This document shows, piece after piece, positions 63,060 to 64,000 of a stretch of DNA of 64,000 nucleotides (the first letter of the stretch is position 1; every line of letters starts with the position of its first letter). Where the stretch lies: the NCBI GenBank assembly GCA_016194285.1, contig JACQBZ010000035.1, positions 385 through 64,384 of the forward strand, given 5' to 3'. Below the pieces are notes generated by a model. It saw only the letters and a list, made by a program, of their open reading frames with translations, searched no databases and was not told the origin of the DNA. Made by a program: the position numbers and the translations under genes. Source of the DNA: Nitrospirota bacterium (GTDB taxonomy: Bacteria; Nitrospirota; Nitrospiria; JACQBZ01).

Positions 63060-63860
63060 TTAACGGAGAAGCTCAAGGCTCTGTTTTGCTTTTTTCGCCA
63101 GCTCACTGTCCGGCGCAAGGCGGATCACGCGTTGAAACTCCTCCTTGGCCAGCGGGCTGGAGCCGGTTTTAAAATAGGCCTGTCCCAGAAAGAAATGGAC
63201 CTCCGTGTAATCCGGCGCGATCTTTAATGCGCCGTTGAAGGCGTCCACGGCCTCCGGATACTGCCCGTCTTTATAATAGGCCTGACCCAGACCGTTATAG
63301 ACCAGCGCGTTGAAGAGCGGATCATCCGGCGGAGGCGGCAGGCTCAGCGCTTCCTTGAACTCTTTAATGGCGCTCTTGTACTCATTCGTATTCAGGTAGA
63401 CCATGGCCAAGTTTCGGTGGGGATATTGCGGTGTCATGTATTGCGGATTCTGGAGGGCCATCTTATACTCGGCGATCGCTTTGTCCCGATCGTCCAGCCG
63501 CTCGTAAACCGTCCCGAGATAGTTATGGGCCTCGGAGAATTTCGGATCGATCTCGATCGCTTTTTTGAAGGCGTCCCGGGCCTCCGCAAATTTACCCTGA
63601 CTGAAATAGATATGCCCCAGGCCGTAGTAGGAATCCCGGTCTTTCGGGTTGGCCTCGATCGCCTTTTGGAACTCGACGAAGGCCATCTGCGTCTGATTTT
63701 CGTTCAAATAGGAGAGTCCCAGTTTGTAATGGGCCTGGGCGCTCTTCTCCCGTTGGACCCTAGACGTCGTGGAGCATCCGGATAAAGATAAACCGACAAG
63801 GATCACGAGCACCACGATCCATCGTGCTTGAGAACGAATGATCTTCCCTATGACTTTCAT
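63060..63860 (-). CDS. TPR-repeat lipoprotein (PilW/PilF-like)
   Basis: LSLSGCS lipobox and at least 5 TPR repeats. Lies upstream of rodZ, as in the pilF-rodZ arrangements recalled from proteobacteria. Confidence 0.6.
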   Translation of the reverse strand: MKVIGKIIRSQARWIVVLVILVGLSLSGCSTTSRVQREKSAQAHYKLGLSYLNENQTQMAFVEFQKAIEANPKDRDSYYGLGHIYFSQGKFAEARDAFKKAIEIDPKFSEAHNYLGTVYERLDDRDKAIAEYKMALQNPQYMTPQYPHRNLAMVYLNTNEYKSAIKEFKEALSLPPPPDDPLFNALVYNGLGQAYYKDGQYPEAVDAFNGALKIAPDYTEVHFFLGQAYFKTGSSPLAKEEFQRVIRLAPDSELAKKAKQSLELLR

Positions 63861-63907
63861 TGATGCATTCCTCATTAACATTGTAGCGGAACGATCCCGG
63901 ACGGTTC

Positions 63908-64000
63908 AGATGGCCTTCAGATCTTCAAAGGAGGTCAGCCGTCCGAATTCCCGGTAGCGGTCGTCGATCTCCCGCCGGGTCAATCGGCGGAGACGGTCCA
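63908..64000 (-). CDS. 3' end of an unidentified gene truncated by the window edge
   Basis: Manual minus-strand translation ..DRLRRLTRREIDDRYREFGRLTSFEDLKAI*. Only 30 codons are visible, so no function call is possible. Confidence 0.3.

Noticed and set aside
63908-64000. Calling the truncated minus-strand ORF rlmN by analogy with the rlmN-pilF-rodZ synteny recalled from pseudomonads
   Set aside because: Only 30 C-terminal residues are visible, and they contain no diagnostic radical-SAM or RlmN motif. Synteny alone is insufficient.

Overview
GC-rich bacterial chromosomal window. All protein calls except two (hflX and one low-GC ORF) are on the minus strand, tightly packed and often joined by 4-nt ATGA overlaps.

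Minus-strand content from high to low coordinates:
- rodZ and a TPR lipoprotein, then a tRNA-Thr(CGU) locus carrying decayed tRNA 3' fragments.
- A patatin-like lipase, glgC, a CBS protein, a TPR protein and a YVTN propeller protein.
- A receiver / PAS histidine kinase / sigma-54 activator operon.
- A sigma-54-driven stress operon: CBS, Zn-ribbon protein, Hsp20, Zn-ribbon protein, SERCA-like P-type ATPase, UspA, and an HPF-cold-shock fusion.
- A LonC-like protease and pncB.
- A sigma-54-driven membrane-bound group 1 [NiFe] uptake hydrogenase (small subunit, large subunit, cytochrome b, protease) followed by hypA-F-C-D-E.
- Directly behind it, a candidate extracellular electron transfer set: porin, 9-haem cytochrome and 12(+1)-haem lipoprotein cytochrome in the Geobacter ombB-omaB-omcB order, then a tetrahaem cytochrome, a cNMP-binding protein, a MenA-like prenyltransferase, and an 11-haem cytochrome c fused to a b-type membrane domain (CbcL-like).
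- A metal-homeostasis island: HD-GYP with a Cys module, a CC-motif membrane protein, a haem-motif outer-membrane barrel with a dihaem cytochrome, two DUF2933-like/ICMT modules, a thioredoxin-like protein, an FAD oxidoreductase, copA with two TRASH/YHS domains, and extremely Met-rich periplasmic proteins.
- An ABC1/UbiB kinase, a group 3b [NiFe] hydrogenase (hyhBGSL) and an edge-truncated P-type ATPase.

Non-coding structure:
- Three near-consensus sigma-54 promoters.
- A TGTCCA-N6-TGGACA palindrome shared upstream of two of them.
- A roughly 90-nt hairpin-rich repeat family: 3 full copies, 1 diverged copy and fragments.

No rRNA, CRISPR array, transposase or integrase gene was seen. All function calls rest on motifs read by eye from the translations. 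No database search was run.
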